Source of the DNA: a virus
Taxonomy: Duplodnaviria; Caudoviricetes
Virus record (IMG/VR): IMGVR_UViG_3300046787_000508
Coordinates: 1-64,000 of that record
Length of the DNA: 64,000 nucleotides
Strand: one strand, 5' to 3'
Shown: positions 1 to 10,700 of the stretch, in pieces
Layout: the number at the start of each line of letters is the position of its first letter
How positions within the stretch are numbered: the first letter of the stretch is position 1
The notes under the pieces: model-generated
What the model was told of the DNA's origin: nothing
What the model saw: only the letters and a program-made list of their open reading frames with translations
Databases searched by the model: none
Program-made: the position numbers and the translations under genes

Positions 1-304
1 TCTGTGACGTTCCCACAACGTGAGTCGGTCTTTCAACGGGAGAATCCCATTGTCCTAATTCTGTGTTTAACACCCAAGATTCGAATGGTTTTGGTGGTAG
101 GAATATATCTAATTCTTCATTGTATATGAACCCGACACCCGCAAACATTTTTCTAAAGTTACCGTTATATGATGTTTGTATCCATGTCCCACCTAAACCT
201 AAATCTTCGGATAAAAATTCTTGTCCCCTATGTTCTTGTTCATTATCAACAACCAACACTCTTAGGACGACATTATTCTCATCGATTTCCGCAAAATGTG
301 CCAT
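1..304 (-). CDS. Conserved phage hypothetical protein (MAHFAEIDENNVVLRVLVV...), truncated by window start
   Basis: Manual translation from ATG at 304; open to position 1; follows stop of upstream Gly-rich gene by 1 nt. Not in ORF track. Confidence 0.8.
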   Translation of the reverse strand, partial: MAHFAEIDENNVVLRVLVVDNEQEHRGQEFLSEDLGLGGTWIQTSYNGNFRKMFAGVGFIYNEELDIFLPPKPFESWVLNTELGQWDSPVERPTHVVGTSQ

Positions 305-305
305 A

Positions 306-1958
306 TTATTTATATTTGTATCTAATAACAACGATTCCTGAACCGCCATCTCCACCTTTATTATTTGAGTTGTAGTGTGAACCTCCACCACCTCCTCCAC
401 CTGTATTTGTTCCACCATTACCACCAGGTACGTTGGCCCAACTGTTTGGTGAACCGTTTGTTCCAGGTATTCCCCACATAATTGATTCATCTCCACTTGG
501 GGTTGTGACTCCGAGGGCTCCTCCACCGCCACCACCTTTTCCACCGTAACCTCCGTTACTTAGTGAATATGCCGCACCTCCACCGCCACCGCCCCAATAG
601 AATGGTCGACCTAATATTGTCACTTTTTTACCGATACCACCATCGGCACGTGCCGTTCCTGAAACACCATTACCACCGGCACCTCCACCACCACCTGAGT
701 AGTATTGTCCACCGGCACCTCCACCATTGTATCCTTGTGTTCCTGAACCACCTCTACCGGTGTTACCGTCACTATATCCACTTGCACCACCACCATTTGC
801 ACCTGAACCACCGTAACCATAGTTTGGTGTGTATCCGAAATATGAACTACCTCCATAACCACCTCCGTAGGCTGTTAACCCTAAAGCCGTTGTGTTGGAA
901 CCCGCAACCGCAGACACCGTATATTGGTGTCCACCTGGCTGACCATTTGTGTTCGCTGCAGGTGCACCCGCACCTCCACCACCAACAGTAATGGTATATG
1001 AACCCGGACCTAAAACCATGGAACCGTTAACAACGCCTCCACCGCCTCCTCCACCACCCATATCCATTCCACCTCCTCCACCACCACCTACTAATAGGTA
1101 GTCAACCATGACAGAGTCACCGGCGTAAGATGAAAGAGTAAATGTTCCTGAACTATTAAAACGATGAATTCTCCATTCACCAATATTTGTGATAACACCA
1201 CCTGTTGCAACAATTTTTTGATGCTTAAACGATGCACCTTCAACTGTAACAGTTGTGGAATCTAATTTATTTAATTGATTTGTTAATAACCCACTTATTG
1301 TTGGTTGGGTCCCGTCACATATATCGATTCTTGGATTCCAAAATTGTAATCTTGTTGTATTGTCACCGCAATAATAGTGATAGGTTCTATGGTATGTACT
1401 TGTTGAACTTGCCCCCCATTTAAGGTCACCACCACTTATGTTACATTGATTGATTCCAAAAACTTTACTTCCTGCTGTTGTCCAAAAACCAGTATCGGGA
1501 TGTGGAGTTGTACTTGTGTATGAATTTGGGAAAATATGTCCGACAACTAAGTACCATTGATTTTGTGTTAAACTTCCGGGGCTCCCACAATGCCAATATG
1601 GGTTACACATTGCCGAACTTGTACCTAACGCATATGGACATTCTCCACCTCCGTCAGTACCTAAATAGAATGTACCACCACCTGTGGAACTTGTTCTTCT
1701 AACCCAAACTGAAAATCTATAAAGTTTTGTTCTATCAATTGAGATGGAATCTGAATTCCACCCTCCATCGGCATTTCCATCTCCAGATGCTCTAGTTTCC
1801 CAAACAACTGATTGGTTCCCAAAGGGGTCAGTTGTGATTACTCTTTCATTTTCACCAGTGTTTCCATTTTGACCATAACCTGTAAATCCACCTGAACCTG
1901 TTGCCCATGTTAAACTATCTGTGGGTAATAACCCTTTTTTCTTAAAATATACCGGCAT
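306..1958 (-). CDS. Glycine-rich virion/tail-associated protein with N-terminal beta-sandwich-like domain
   Basis: 550 aa; VDYLLVGGGGGGG...GGDGGSGIVVIRY Gly-rich C-terminal domain typical of phage fibre proteins. Confidence 0.75.
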   Translation of the reverse strand: MPVYFKKKGLLPTDSLTWATGSGGFTGYGQNGNTGENERVITTDPFGNQSVVWETRASGDGNADGGWNSDSISIDRTKLYRFSVWVRRTSSTGGGTFYLGTDGGGECPYALGTSSAMCNPYWHCGSPGSLTQNQWYLVVGHIFPNSYTSTTPHPDTGFWTTAGSKVFGINQCNISGGDLKWGASSTSTYHRTYHYYCGDNTTRLQFWNPRIDICDGTQPTISGLLTNQLNKLDSTTVTVEGASFKHQKIVATGGVITNIGEWRIHRFNSSGTFTLSSYAGDSVMVDYLLVGGGGGGGMDMGGGGGGGGVVNGSMVLGPGSYTITVGGGGAGAPAANTNGQPGGHQYTVSAVAGSNTTALGLTAYGGGYGGSSYFGYTPNYGYGGSGANGGGASGYSDGNTGRGGSGTQGYNGGGAGGQYYSGGGGGAGGNGVSGTARADGGIGKKVTILGRPFYWGGGGGGAAYSLSNGGYGGKGGGGGGALGVTTPSGDESIMWGIPGTNGSPNSWANVPGGNGGTNTGGGGGGGSHYNSNNKGGDGGSGIVVIRYKYK

Positions 1959-2134
1959 TATTGATTATTTAAATGTAATGTTATATAGTTTTCACATTCT
2001 TCACGTGTTTGTGCACCAAACCATCTTGCTCCATTATCGTCTTCCACCATAAATGGAAATGCGTTTATTATACAGTTTGGGTCGTTAGGGTTAATATCCT
2101 CTTCGGGAATTTCTATTATTTTAAAATTTATCAT
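1958..2134 (-). CDS. Small hypothetical protein, 58 aa (MINFKIIEIPEEDINPNDPNC...)
   Basis: Manual translation; ATGA overlap with upstream gene and TAATG overlap with downstream gene exactly fill the gap. Confidence 0.75.
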   Translation of the reverse strand: MINFKIIEIPEEDINPNDPNCIINAFPFMVEDDNGARWFGAQTREECENYITLHLNNQ

Positions 2135-2898
2135 ACTCCAAATCTTTGTCTTCCAGCGTTAAAATTTTGTACTATCTCTTCGTTAGTTAATCCCCTGTTA
2201 TATATTTTTGCACTTGCAATTCTAACATTACTATGTGAATTATTACTAATATAATAAGTACCTGTTGGGTCGTATAGTGAAAGTCCACTTCCAAATGTGC
2301 TATTGTACATTTCAACACCGTCAATCCATATAATGTAGTCGTTACCTCTTCTAATTCCAACAACATGATGCCAAGTGTCGTAAGATATTGTATATGCCGG
2401 ATGTTGGTAAGTATACGTTCCACCTGTTGCAAATCCAATCATCGTATATATATTTTGACCAATCATAAAAAATCTAAACCAGTATTGTCCGAAAATAGTT
2501 TCACAACACCCTGTATTAATTCCACCAGATACCGGATAAAACCACGTATCAATTGTTCTTTCTGATGTGGTAGCCCAATCTGAAGATGCCGACCTTGATT
2601 GTGATTGACTATTATATGTAAAGTGTGTACTATTATATGTTCCAACTTTACTCCAATCATTTCCATAACCGGAAATATCTTTCCATTGGGTATTACAATT
2701 AGTGCATCCAGGATTTGACGAATAGTATTGACATCCATATCCACAATCGTAGTAGTCTGAAGAATTTTTAAATGACACACTATTTCCCGCATCTAACCAT
2801 AACACTAAACCATTTGTTACTACATTTGGTGTGTTTTGTGATTCTCCTGAATTGTTAAAGTTACCCGATAATGTGTTACCACCTAATATTATTCCCAT
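2131..2898 (-). CDS. LamG/concanavalin A-like lectin domain protein
   Basis: GLVLWLDAGN, WHHVVG, IWIDG, KIYNRGLT.EEI.QNF motifs. Confidence 0.8.
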   Translation of the reverse strand: MGIILGGNTLSGNFNNSGESQNTPNVVTNGLVLWLDAGNSVSFKNSSDYYDCGYGCQYYSSNPGCTNCNTQWKDISGYGNDWSKVGTYNSTHFTYNSQSQSRSASSDWATTSERTIDTWFYPVSGGINTGCCETIFGQYWFRFFMIGQNIYTMIGFATGGTYTYQHPAYTISYDTWHHVVGIRRGNDYIIWIDGVEMYNSTFGSGLSLYDPTGTYYISNNSHSNVRIASAKIYNRGLTNEEIVQNFNAGRQRFGV

Positions 2899-2906
2899 AT
2901 TTTTTT

Positions 2907-3617
2907 TTATAAACCGACCCTACCTCTATTTGCTTGAAAATTTTCAGCAATTTCGTATGGATTTAATTCCCTATTATATACTCTAATTAAGTATAAGTGA
3001 CCCGCGAATGGTTCTGCCGTTCCGTTAACGTCAGTACCTATTCTATAATTTTGACTGTTACTTATTGAGGCCGTTAACATACCTGTAGTTGACACCGCAC
3101 CATTTACGTAAGTGGTTGTAAACCCATCCGAATTTCGAGTCGAAACCATATGTCTTGTACCTGTACCTAATGGGTTACCGGCAGCATAGACACCACCATT
3201 TAGATATATACCATATTGACCTGAAAACCATATTGTTCCACTAGTGTAACCTGGTCCGTAATTTACAAATAAGGCACCACCTCCCGTTGCCGTCATTGTG
3301 TACAAAACCTCAATTGTGAACGGTGATAATCCATTTGGGATTATTGTACTACTGTTAGTTTCAACATAATCATTCGAACCATCAAATAATACACTACCCC
3401 CATTCGTGGAAGTGAATGATGCTCCGTTCGTTAACGTTCCGTTATATCCATTACCACTTAAATCATACCAAGTTGAGCCTCCTCCACCAGTGGAGTTAAC
3501 ATCTGCAGCATCATAATATAGTACTAAACCATCTCTATTAACTTTACTGTCAAATACACCGTTATTGGTGATGTCGTTTGAACTAATAACTTTATTATTT
3601 TTTAATACTATTGGCAT
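2907..3617 (-). CDS. LamG/concanavalin A-like lectin domain protein (paralogue)
   Basis: GLVLYYDAAD, WYDLSGNG, FDGSNDYV, RVYNRELN.YEI.ENF motifs. Confidence 0.85.
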   Translation of the reverse strand: MPIVLKNNKVISSNDITNNGVFDSKVNRDGLVLYYDAADVNSTGGGGSTWYDLSGNGYNGTLTNGASFTSTNGGSVLFDGSNDYVETNSSTIIPNGLSPFTIEVLYTMTATGGGALFVNYGPGYTSGTIWFSGQYGIYLNGGVYAAGNPLGTGTRHMVSTRNSDGFTTTYVNGAVSTTGMLTASISNSQNYRIGTDVNGTAEPFAGHLYLIRVYNRELNPYEIAENFQANRGRVGL

Positions 3618-3647
3618 ATGTTAAATGTAATGATTTATTTCTTATTT

Positions 3648-6600
3648 TTATAGTATTTCTTCTAAACTTATTTTAAACTTCTTACCGTTTCTATTGTTTA
3701 TTATATATAAATTCTCAGCACCCTCTTGGATTGTCCACGTACCACTTGTTCCATCAATATCATTTCCTTCAGGTTTATTCATATTACTTAAATGTAAGTC
3801 ATTCGTATAAACGTTTGCCCAACCTAAAGAAGCGGAACCTAAATTATATGAGTTATTTGATGATGGTAATATATCTCCAGATGTTATAAATCGACCATCA
3901 CTAACAAATGTAAATTTAGACGCAGCGACACTGGCAGTTCCAAAGTGAAAACCAATCATATCGGTAGAACCACCATAACCACCTGACCCTTGGAAATAGG
4001 AAAGACCGTAAGCATCCGCATTACCGAAGCTCCAAATACGATTTCGACCCGCAGAGTATGTTGCACTTTGGAAACCACTTTGACTAGCTATTACCGTACC
4101 GTTAACTGTTAACCCTGCAAATGTTGGCGAATTACTTGTTCCAACACTTTGATTGATTGTATATGCGGTAATGTTTGATGCCGTCCCTGTTATATTACCT
4201 TCTAAAGTACCAACAAAATTATAAGGGGCGGAAACTTTTCCACTAACCGCATCGACTTTTAACATTGTAGAGTTAGCACTATCCCACACGTGCCAATAAC
4301 CACCCGTAAAACCATTTCTCGTTATATCGAATGACCATTCTTGATTGTTTGCCGATTGACCTAAAAGTATATTTGTCGATGGTGCCCACGTCGCACCACC
4401 AATGTTAGAGGTGCTAGTAGATGTCGACGCATTACCAGTTAACGCACCTGTAAATGTTGTTGCGGTTACGGTTGAGAATGTTGGTGTGGATGTTGTTAAC
4501 ACTGCTTGATTCAAATACGAACCGAATCCCGTTGTACTTGATAGTGTAATTTGTGACGAACCAGATACTAATCCTGACGGAACACCTGTAATACTACCAT
4601 AAGATATTTGTGACGAACCAGATACCAATCCTGATGGTACTCCTGTAATTCCACCATAAGATATTTGTGATGAACCAGAAACAACACTAATACCATTAAA
4701 GAATGAGCCAGAATGTATTGTTGTTCCAGCCAATACTTGTGAGGAACCTGAAACAGTACCAATAGGTAATAATGCAATCACTTGTGAACTACCACTAACA
4801 ATACCTGAAGGTACTCCGGTTAATGAACCATATGTGATTTGTGACGAACCGGATACTATTCCTGATGGTGTTCCTGTTAATCCACTATATGAAATTTGGG
4901 AAGAACCTGATACTGTACCCGCCGGTAATTGTGCCGACCCTGACCATATTCCCGTACCACCTAATACCTGTGAAGAACCTGACACGGTCCCCGCCGGTAA
5001 TTGTGCCGACCCTGACCAAATACCACTACTTAATAAAACTTGAGAAGAACCCGATACCAATCCTGACGGTACCCCTGTTATTCCACCAAATGATACTTGA
5101 GAAGAACCTGATACTATTCCTGACGGTACACCCGTTAAACCTCCGAATGTGATTTGTGATGAACCTGAAACGACAGTAATTCCATTAAAGAATGACCCCG
5201 AATGAATTGTTGTTCCATTGAGAACTTGTGAAGAACCTGATACGGTTCCAGCCGGTAATTGTGCCGAACCTGACCATATTCCAGTACCACTTAAAACTTG
5301 TGAGGAACCCGATACTAATCCTGATGGAACACCACTTATTGAACCAAATAATATCTGTGAAGAACCTGATACGGTCCCCGCCGGTAATTGTGCCGAACCT
5401 GACCATACACCACTTTCACTTAATACCTGTGAACTACCACTAACAATACCTGATGGTACATCACTTATACTATTAAATGACACTTGAGATGAACCTGACA
5501 CTAATGTTGGTTTGTTTGTGATACCATTAAAAGATATTTGTTCTGACCCCGATACTAAAGGTGTAACTGTAGATAAAATCGAACCTGTAACGATTAAACT
5601 ACCGCTAACACCAATTGCCACTCCACTGTATTCCGTGATGATGGAGTCATTAAGGTGGTCACCACCTGCTGACCTGGCAATCTTACCACTAGTTAATGTT
5701 AACTCATCACCTAACGAACCTGAACTACGAGGGCCGGACATTAATACTCCACCACCATAAGTTGATTCACTTGATTGTTGGTAAACCCATCTATTTTTCT
5801 GACTATCCCATAATAGTGAACCTGTCGCTTCACCAACGGAACCTGAATCATAAACTTGTAACCCACCAAATCTCTCAGCGGGGTTAGATGTGTTTACAGT
5901 AATAACGTTATCTTCAACTCTTAATTGAGATGATGTTGTATATGTAATTGACGATGAACCTAAAACTGTTAAGTTCTCGCGAATTATAACACTACCACTA
6001 ATTGTTTGTGCTCCGACAAATACATTTGAACCAGTCGTCGCATAACTACCTGTTTTATTTTCGATTGAAGTTAATCGACCGTCTTGTAAAAAATCAGTAT
6101 TAGCAATTGAACTACTAAAAGTTGAATACCCATTTACCATCCCCAAACTAATTTGAGATGAACCTGAGATAACTCCTTCAGCATTTAATTTATCTTTAAT
6201 TGTAGTATTGATTGAAGAAGTAAAAGAATTAAGTGAACCTGTACTTGTTTCGATTGAATTTAATCTTCCGTCTTGATTAAAGTTTGTGATTGATATTGAT
6301 GAACTTAGCGAACTTAACGATGCAGATACAACACTAAATCCCGTTGTTCCTGATAAAATTATTTGAGATGAACCTGAAACAACATTTTCAGTGTTCAACT
6401 TAGTTTTAATTGTCGTGTTAATTGACGATGTAAATGAATTCAACGACCCACTACTTGTTTCAAGTGAATCCAATCTATCATCTTGACCTAAATTATCAAC
6501 AATAATGTCACTAATACTTGAAGATATTGATGAGCTAAAAGTAGAATAACCCGTCGTATCAGAAATGGTTACTTGAACTGACCCCGATATAACACCTTCA

Positions 6601-7697
6601 GTATTTAATTTAGTTTTAATTGTTGTACTAATAGATGATGTGAACGAGTTTAAAGAACCCGTACTAACTTCAAGATTACCAACTCTATCTTCAATGTTGT
6701 CAGTTGTTGTCGCAACAGATGATGATAAACTTCCAATCGATGAACTGATAGATGAACTAACAGAACCAATTGAACTACTTAAATTACTTGTTGTTGTGGC
6801 AACTGATGAAGATAATCCACCAATACTCGTGTCAATACTTGAACTGAATGTGGAATACCCTGTCGTTCCCGTGATATCAATTTGTGATGAACCAGAAACT
6901 AATGTTGGTTTGTTTGTGATATTTGTAAAATCAATAGACCCCGTGATACCGTTGGTCACAATTAATGAACCGGTAATCTCAGTTTTACTATTAACTCGTA
7001 AACCATTTGTATTTGAAACTGATGCGGTTACTGAACCGTCAGCTATTTGTGTTAAATTAAGACCTGTAACACCACTTGCAGGGATGTTAAACAAGTTTGT
7101 ACCATCACCTTTAAAAGAACCTGAGAATGACCCCGTAAATGAACCACTAAGGGTCTCTAAAGAATCTAATCTTGAATCTAATGATGTGGACACATTAGTA
7201 TATGACGATGTGAATGTGTTAAAATTGGAACGAATACTTCCACTTTCAGTTTCTAAATTATCTACTCTTCCATCAATAGATGAAGTGAAGGTGTTAATTG
7301 AACCTGAGTAGGTTTGGAATTCCGTTTCAGAAAGGAAAGAGTTATCAAGTGACGAACTAAATGATTCCAAATCACCGACACGAGATTCGAATGAACCCGA
7401 ATCAGAAACATAAGACGCAGTGAAAGAGTTGAATGTTGTTTCATCTAACTTTCCTGTACCTACAGTTGTTCCGTTAAGTAATATTGAACCGGTTACGTTT
7501 AATGAACCCGTAAATTCATGTGAATCATCCAATGAATCGCCGAATCTTGTGGACCCACTTTCATAAAGTACCGAAGATGATACTACCGATATGTGGTATT
7601 CGTCCGCCGTGATTGTTCCACGAACGGTTAAGTTGTTTTCAATTTCTGCAGAGCCGGATACAACGAGTCCGTTCTTAATTTTAAATTCGTTTGCCAT
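3648..7697 (-). CDS. Long tail-fibre-like protein with SGSSQ repeats
   Basis: 1349 aa Ser/Gly/Thr-rich; C-terminal DLHLSN...GTWTIQEGAENLYIINNRNGKKFKI motif seen at phage fibre C-termini. Confidence 0.75.
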   Translation of the reverse strand: MANEFKIKNGLVVSGSAEIENNLTVRGTITADEYHISVVSSSVLYESGSTRFGDSLDDSHEFTGSLNVTGSILLNGTTVGTGKLDETTFNSFTASYVSDSGSFESRVGDLESFSSSLDNSFLSETEFQTYSGSINTFTSSIDGRVDNLETESGSIRSNFNTFTSSYTNVSTSLDSRLDSLETLSGSFTGSFSGSFKGDGTNLFNIPASGVTGLNLTQIADGSVTASVSNTNGLRVNSKTEITGSLIVTNGITGSIDFTNITNKPTLVSGSSQIDITGTTGYSTFSSSIDTSIGGLSSSVATTTSNLSSSIGSVSSSISSSIGSLSSSVATTTDNIEDRVGNLEVSTGSLNSFTSSISTTIKTKLNTEGVISGSVQVTISDTTGYSTFSSSISSSISDIIVDNLGQDDRLDSLETSSGSLNSFTSSINTTIKTKLNTENVVSGSSQIILSGTTGFSVVSASLSSLSSSISITNFNQDGRLNSIETSTGSLNSFTSSINTTIKDKLNAEGVISGSSQISLGMVNGYSTFSSSIANTDFLQDGRLTSIENKTGSYATTGSNVFVGAQTISGSVIIRENLTVLGSSSITYTTSSQLRVEDNVITVNTSNPAERFGGLQVYDSGSVGEATGSLLWDSQKNRWVYQQSSESTYGGGVLMSGPRSSGSLGDELTLTSGKIARSAGGDHLNDSIITEYSGVAIGVSGSLIVTGSILSTVTPLVSGSEQISFNGITNKPTLVSGSSQVSFNSISDVPSGIVSGSSQVLSESGVWSGSAQLPAGTVSGSSQILFGSISGVPSGLVSGSSQVLSGTGIWSGSAQLPAGTVSGSSQVLNGTTIHSGSFFNGITVVSGSSQITFGGLTGVPSGIVSGSSQVSFGGITGVPSGLVSGSSQVLLSSGIWSGSAQLPAGTVSGSSQVLGGTGIWSGSAQLPAGTVSGSSQISYSGLTGTPSGIVSGSSQITYGSLTGVPSGIVSGSSQVIALLPIGTVSGSSQVLAGTTIHSGSFFNGISVVSGSSQISYGGITGVPSGLVSGSSQISYGSITGVPSGLVSGSSQITLSSTTGFGSYLNQAVLTTSTPTFSTVTATTFTGALTGNASTSTSTSNIGGATWAPSTNILLGQSANNQEWSFDITRNGFTGGYWHVWDSANSTMLKVDAVSGKVSAPYNFVGTLEGNITGTASNITAYTINQSVGTSNSPTFAGLTVNGTVIASQSGFQSATYSAGRNRIWSFGNADAYGLSYFQGSGGYGGSTDMIGFHFGTASVAASKFTFVSDGRFITSGDILPSSNNSYNLGSASLGWANVYTNDLHLSNMNKPEGNDIDGTSGTWTIQEGAENLYIINNRNGKKFKISLEEIL
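4560..5500 (-). repeat. Intragenic array of 17-24 aa SGSSQ-anchored repeats; four near-identical ~50-bp copies near 4900, 4972, 5229, 5359
   Basis: gaagaacctga..c.gt.cc.gccggtaattgtgccga.cctgacca recurs 4x; GIWSGSAQLPAGTVSGSSQ in protein. Confidence 0.9.
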
Positions 7698-7733
7698 ATT
7701 TGATTAGTTTCACTGTCCACTAATGTGTTAACA

Positions 7734-7740
7734 ATAAATA
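7734..7740 (-). promoter_or_regulatory. TATTTAT putative late-promoter motif
   Basis: Same heptamer recurs upstream of about 14 mostly structural genes. Confidence 0.6.
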
Positions 7741-7779
7741 CCAAAACAAACGATTATGTTTTAAATAATTAAGTATATT

Positions 7780-10700
7780 TTATGAAGTACAACCCAACGC
7801 CCTATATAAGACTTGGACGGTCCATGTTCCGCCGGCAATTACCGTGTTTAATTCTCCTGTTCCCGATACTTCAAAAGTTATATTTGACGTGTCTCCCAAA
7901 TCTAAAGTTGACGTTTCATTATAACTTGATACCGCACCATCCCAAACACTTACAATTGTACCTGCTCTCATGTTACCACCATTTTTAACAACGTAATCGA
8001 AAGTAGCACCATCGAAATCACTTAAATCGAAAATGGTTGTTCCTGTTGATACAGTTACACATGTTGCGTCTAATTTTGCATTACGAACAGTAAGACTACC
8101 AGTTACGGTTTGATTACCAACAAAACTATTGGAACCTGTTGTTGAGAATCCAAATTCTTCAATTTGTAATGAACCACTAACCATCCCATCTTTCCACATC
8201 GGTCCTCCGTCATTAACGGCTAAAACTCTACCGTTGTAACTACCACTTATAAATGGAATTCCACCACCAACAGTGGCAGTTGCAACCCCTGAAACAGGAG
8301 ATGAGAATATTATAGTTAATGTGTTGTCATCAATGGCTTGTATACTTGTTGGTATAACGACATAGTCATTATTGTCAAATATTTCAATTGCCGGATATTT
8401 CTCACCTAAATTGTGACCAAATGTCCAAGTAGATGATGCCAATGTTTGGTCTAACTTTGCAGTTCTACCTTCGGTTCCACCACCTCCACCATTTAATGCG
8501 TATGAGGCGGTAAGTGCGTATGATGAACTTAGAACCGTCATTGAAGATGTTTGACTTGCTAAGACAACACTTGATGTGAAATTATTATACGATGAGGTAT
8601 AACTTTCGAACGACGACGTAAAACTCATGTACGAAGACGTGTGAGAATTAAAGTTCTCCGTTAAACCTGTAACAGAGCCATATATCGAATCAATCCTTGT
8701 ATCGAATGATGACGATGCACTTGTGTACGATGACGTGAAAGATTCAAATGAATCTGTGGTTGTAAATCCTAAATCAATTACTTGTTGTGAACTTGAAACG
8801 ATACCATTTGGGACATCGGTAATTCCCGTATAAGAAATTTGTGAAGACCCCGAAACAACCCCATTAGGTAATTGAGCCGAACCTGACCAAATCCCTGAAC
8901 CATCTAAAATTTGTGAAGAGCCTGAAACTATTCCATTAGGTACATTAGTAATTCCAGTGTAAGATATCTGTGAAGAACCTGAAACTAAAGTTGGTACATT
9001 CGTTAAATTACTAAAGTCAATAGACCCCGTAATTGAATTCACGTTTAAATTACCATCTATATAAACACTACCAGTAAAATTATGATTATCATCAGAAGTA
9101 TCACCAAATTTAGTGGACCCCGATTGAAATAAAACTGAAGACGTTACATAATCGATATGTAATTCTTTTGCTGTTAATGTACCATCGATGTAAACATCTG
9201 TGTTAATCTGTAAACCATTATCAGGTGAGATTGATGCACTAACACTACCACTAACAATTTTATTTAATTCGATTCCGGTAACACCACTCATTGGTATGTT
9301 ATACAATCTTGAACCGTCACCAATAAATGAACCTGATATATTTGAACCTGTAATATCACCAACAACATTTAAATCATGGTCTGCTTTGATACTACCACTA
9401 AATTCATATTGATAATCATTTGAAACTGAACCCGTGTTAAAACTAATTTGTTTGGAACCACTAATAATAATTTGTGGATTTTCCCATGAATTCTGTGCAA
9501 ATAAATTTAAATTGGATGGGTGTCCACTACCACCTACGGTACCAACATATAAATCCTTACCGGCATTTAAAAGGTACGCATCATTTTCGTATCCAACATA
9601 CCCTGCATTATATGTTGATGAGTTGATACCTAAATCAACATAATGAATATTTTCTGTACCGTTATCTGCTGTGATTACAAAGTCGGAACTTGCACTTGAC
9701 CCACTATTGTGATTTTGTAAATTAATTTGTGCATATGAATAATGATACCCATCAAATCGAGCAATATTATAACTACCACTATTTTCAACGTGTAACTTTT
9801 CTGGTGAAATATTATCTAAACTACCTGTACCAATTAATAATGAATCAGTGATATCTAATGACCCAGTAATTTGGTAACTACCGGTTAATTGTTTACCATG
9901 TTCCCATTTATTTGATGTTGTATTATATGATATAATATCCCCATTCGTTGCACCAGCAACATCAACATCTGTTAAATCAGTTAATCTAGCGGTTGGCACT
10001 GTACCACCACCACCTGAACCGCCGACATTACGGAACACACCGCCAGGTAAAACTAAAAATGTATTTGTATTGGCCCAATCCGCATCTTTTCTAACCGCAA
10101 TGGCACCTAAGTAAACCGCATTTTGTTTTGTATTTTCAACTTCAACGAACGGTTCATATTGAACGTTAGCCGCCGCTTCAGTTGCTGAGGTATAAGTTCT
10201 GTTACCATAATAAACAACAATACCTTTTGTTGCCGAATTTGGGTACCAAAATACTCTTTGAACTGTCCACTCATAATTATTCCCATTATTACCGGGGACA
10301 GTTGTTAACGTACCATTATTATTATAATGTGTAACATCTAATGACGTATAACCCGATGCATTATTTGTATCTTGAACAAATGTTGTTCCTGATACTTGAT
10401 AATACCTAAATATTTTTGACACCGCCGTTCCCGAATCGGTAATATAGCTTGGGTTATTTGGGTCAACTTGATAGTTTCGACCATCTGCCCAAGCGGTTCC
10501 TGAACCAACATTTAACCCCAAAGTGCCCGTTGGCATAATTTCTAAACCACTTAACTTTAATGGACCAAATGCTTTAATAAAGTCGTATGTTCTTTGTTTG
10601 TAACCATACGCCATATTAGGGTAAGTAATTGACGCGTTAACTGTTGATTGGTTTTGGTGTAAAACTGTTCCTAAACTAATCGTTGTATTATATTGACCGT

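Noticed and set aside
4560-5500. CRISPR-like repeat spacing
   Set aside because: Repeats are in-frame coding units with related spacers; no cas genes
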